Shown here: piece after piece, positions 62,837 to 64,000 of the stretch
Layout: every line of letters begins with the position of its first letter
Numbering within the stretch: the stretch's first letter is position 1
Origin: an uncultured Planctomycetaceae bacterium
GTDB taxonomy: Bacteria > Planctomycetota > Phycisphaerae > SM23-33
DNA: 64,000 nucleotides
NCBI GenBank assembly: GCA_964557575.1
Contig: CAZLBC010000001.1
Span: 2,296 to 66,295, forward strand
Direction of reading: 5' to 3'
Program-made: the position numbers and the translations under genes
The notes under the pieces: generated by a model
Told to the model about the DNA's origin: nothing
Database searches by the model: none
The model's input: only the letters and a program-made list of their open reading frames with translations

Positions 62837-63820
62837 CTATTCCTCTGTTGTTATTGGATGAAGGTTGCGAATGAGTACCCTGACATACTTAGTCTTCCCA
62901 TTAACTGATCCTTCTTTATCTTTGATTAGTCCATGAGGTTTGCTCGGTATTGCTCGTGACTTTTTGAGGTCATTGCAATTTAGTATCTCAAATTGTCTTG
63001 GGCAATATTTATCAAGGAACGTAATTGGCACGCCCATCACTCCGGGATAGTCCTCGGGAATATCTTTTACGCTATCGACGTTAATGGCGTCGTAGTTATC
63101 ATAGGCGAGATGTTTGTCGGGGTCGTAAAGCGCGATCAGGTCAATTGGTTGGTTGCGTTTCTTGTGGTTCATGTTGGTAAACCAACATGTATTGCCTAAT
63201 TTGACAAACTTCTGTCCCCCATCCTCATAACATCCACGTTTTCCTATTGGAGTATTATCGGGTACTCGATAAGAGCGACTTCCGCCTACTACCCCCATCC
63301 ATACCTTGTTCTCCCTGATAAGCGGAAACATCTCCTTATATGTAAGCGCATTCATATTGCCGATGATCAAGAACTTCTTTTTATACTGGACAAGTTGTGC
63401 GACGTATTCACGAAACAGGGAGAATGGCGGGTTGGTACAAACTATGTCGGCTTCCTTTAGCAACTCCACGCACTCCGGGCTGCGAAAATCCCCGTCACCC
63501 GCCAAAGGGGTAATCTCGATTTCATCTATATCAGGAACGCCGTTGCCGTTTTGGTCGCCTTCATATACGAACTTCATGGCGCGACCTGTTAGTCCGCCGA
63601 TGTATGAAGTCGCGATAAGCTTCTTTAGCTTCAGATGCTCGAACTGCTTGGCGAAGTAATCCCAGAACTTTGATTCCAACGGGTCGTCGCAATTCAGGTA
63701 GACGACTTTGTTCTTGAAATGTCGCCAGTAATGGTATGCCTCGGCTTCGATATCCTCAAGGCGGGTATAGAACTCGTCGTTCTTCGTCGTCTTCGCTTTA
63801 TGCAGATTGCGATTTGCCAT
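62837..63820 (-). CDS. DNA methyltransferase (N6-adenine/N4-cytosine, NPPF motif)
   Basis: AAGGAG RBS. CTNPPFS motif IV and an FxGxG-like IATSYIGG. AT-rich relative to the rest of the window. Confidence 0.7.
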   Translation of the reverse strand: MANRNLHKAKTTKNDEFYTRLEDIEAEAYHYWRHFKNKVVYLNCDDPLESKFWDYFAKQFEHLKLKKLIATSYIGGLTGRAMKFVYEGDQNGNGVPDIDEIEITPLAGDGDFRSPECVELLKEADIVCTNPPFSLFREYVAQLVQYKKKFLIIGNMNALTYKEMFPLIRENKVWMGVVGGSRSYRVPDNTPIGKRGCYEDGGQKFVKLGNTCWFTNMNHKKRNQPIDLIALYDPDKHLAYDNYDAINVDSVKDIPEDYPGVMGVPITFLDKYCPRQFEILNCNDLKKSRAIPSKPHGLIKDKEGSVNGKTKYVRVLIRNLHPITTEE

Positions 63821-63841
63821 TCATCTTCTCCTTCCGGCTAT

Positions 63842-63905
63842 CAAATAAAGACCGCCGACCTGATGGTTATGAGCCACCCGAGCTACCTGACTGCTCCATC
63901 CCGCG
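63842..63905 (-). pseudogene. 3'-truncated initiator tRNA-fMet-like gene
   Basis: CGCGGGAUGGAGCAGUCAGGUAGCUCGGGUGGCUCAUAACCAUCAGGUCGGCGGU closely matches the bacterial initiator tRNA 5' two-thirds (anticodon CAU). It breaks after the 5' T-stem, where the RBS of the AT-rich MTase gene begins. Confidence 0.5.
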
Positions 63906-63919
63906 ATCGATTTTCAAAA

Positions 63920-63991
63920 AGCCGAGAGCCGGATTCGAACCGGCGACCTGCGGTTTACAAAACCGCTGCACTGCCTCTGTGCTATCCCGGC
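63920..63991 (-). tRNA. tRNA-Thr (anticodon UGU)
   Basis: Stem GCGGU/ACCGC with loop UUUGUAA. T-arm GCCGG-UUCGAAU-CCGGC. Confidence 0.6.
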
Positions 63992-64000
63992 GTAGTGTCG

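Overview
This 64-kb window looks like part of a large, GC-rich (roughly 60-65% by eye) tailed dsDNA phage genome, or a prophage. It is packed with tRNAs and closely resembles the tRNA/tmRNA-rich actinobacteriophage type. Almost all genes are on the minus strand in tight, often ATGA-coupled, operons. Main content, with window coordinates:

- **Replication and repair genes:** a class II ribonucleotide reductase interrupted by an HNH intein (2527..6159), an SNF2 helicase interrupted by a class-3-type LAGLIDADG intein (13616..16477), an SbcCD-like nuclease pair, a free HNH endonuclease and GroES.
- **Packaging genes:** a portal protein, a terminase large subunit carrying two inteins (35459..39172) and a putative small terminase/HTH-repeat protein.
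- **Glycan-modification operon (26568..33668):** two sulfotransferases, two SAM methyltransferases, a DUF115/MptE-like protein and glycosyltransferases, next to the portal gene. A nucleotidyltransferase-APS-kinase fusion able to make PAPS sits elsewhere (53350..54291). I rank this as the most likely undescribed system.
- **RNA-gene array (47.4-64.0 kb):** 24 decodable tRNAs, several tRNA-like 3'-fragments, a tmRNA, a CUA-anticodon (amber-suppressor-like) tRNA, and four paralogous class-I-shaped tRNAs carrying Leu anticodons.
- **Low-GC island (about 61440..63840):** an N6/N4 DNA methyltransferase and a DUF262+HNH (GmrSD-like type IV restriction) protein, abutting a 3'-truncated initiator-tRNA gene.
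- **Intergenic motifs:** two families of conserved promoter-like motifs and a conserved 5' leader recur upstream of minus-strand genes.
- **Frameshift candidates:** two adjacent ORF pairs read as single proteins only with a +1 shift at NNU-UGA-R.

All calls are from reading the sequence by eye. Hand-derived coordinates may be off by 1-3 nt.
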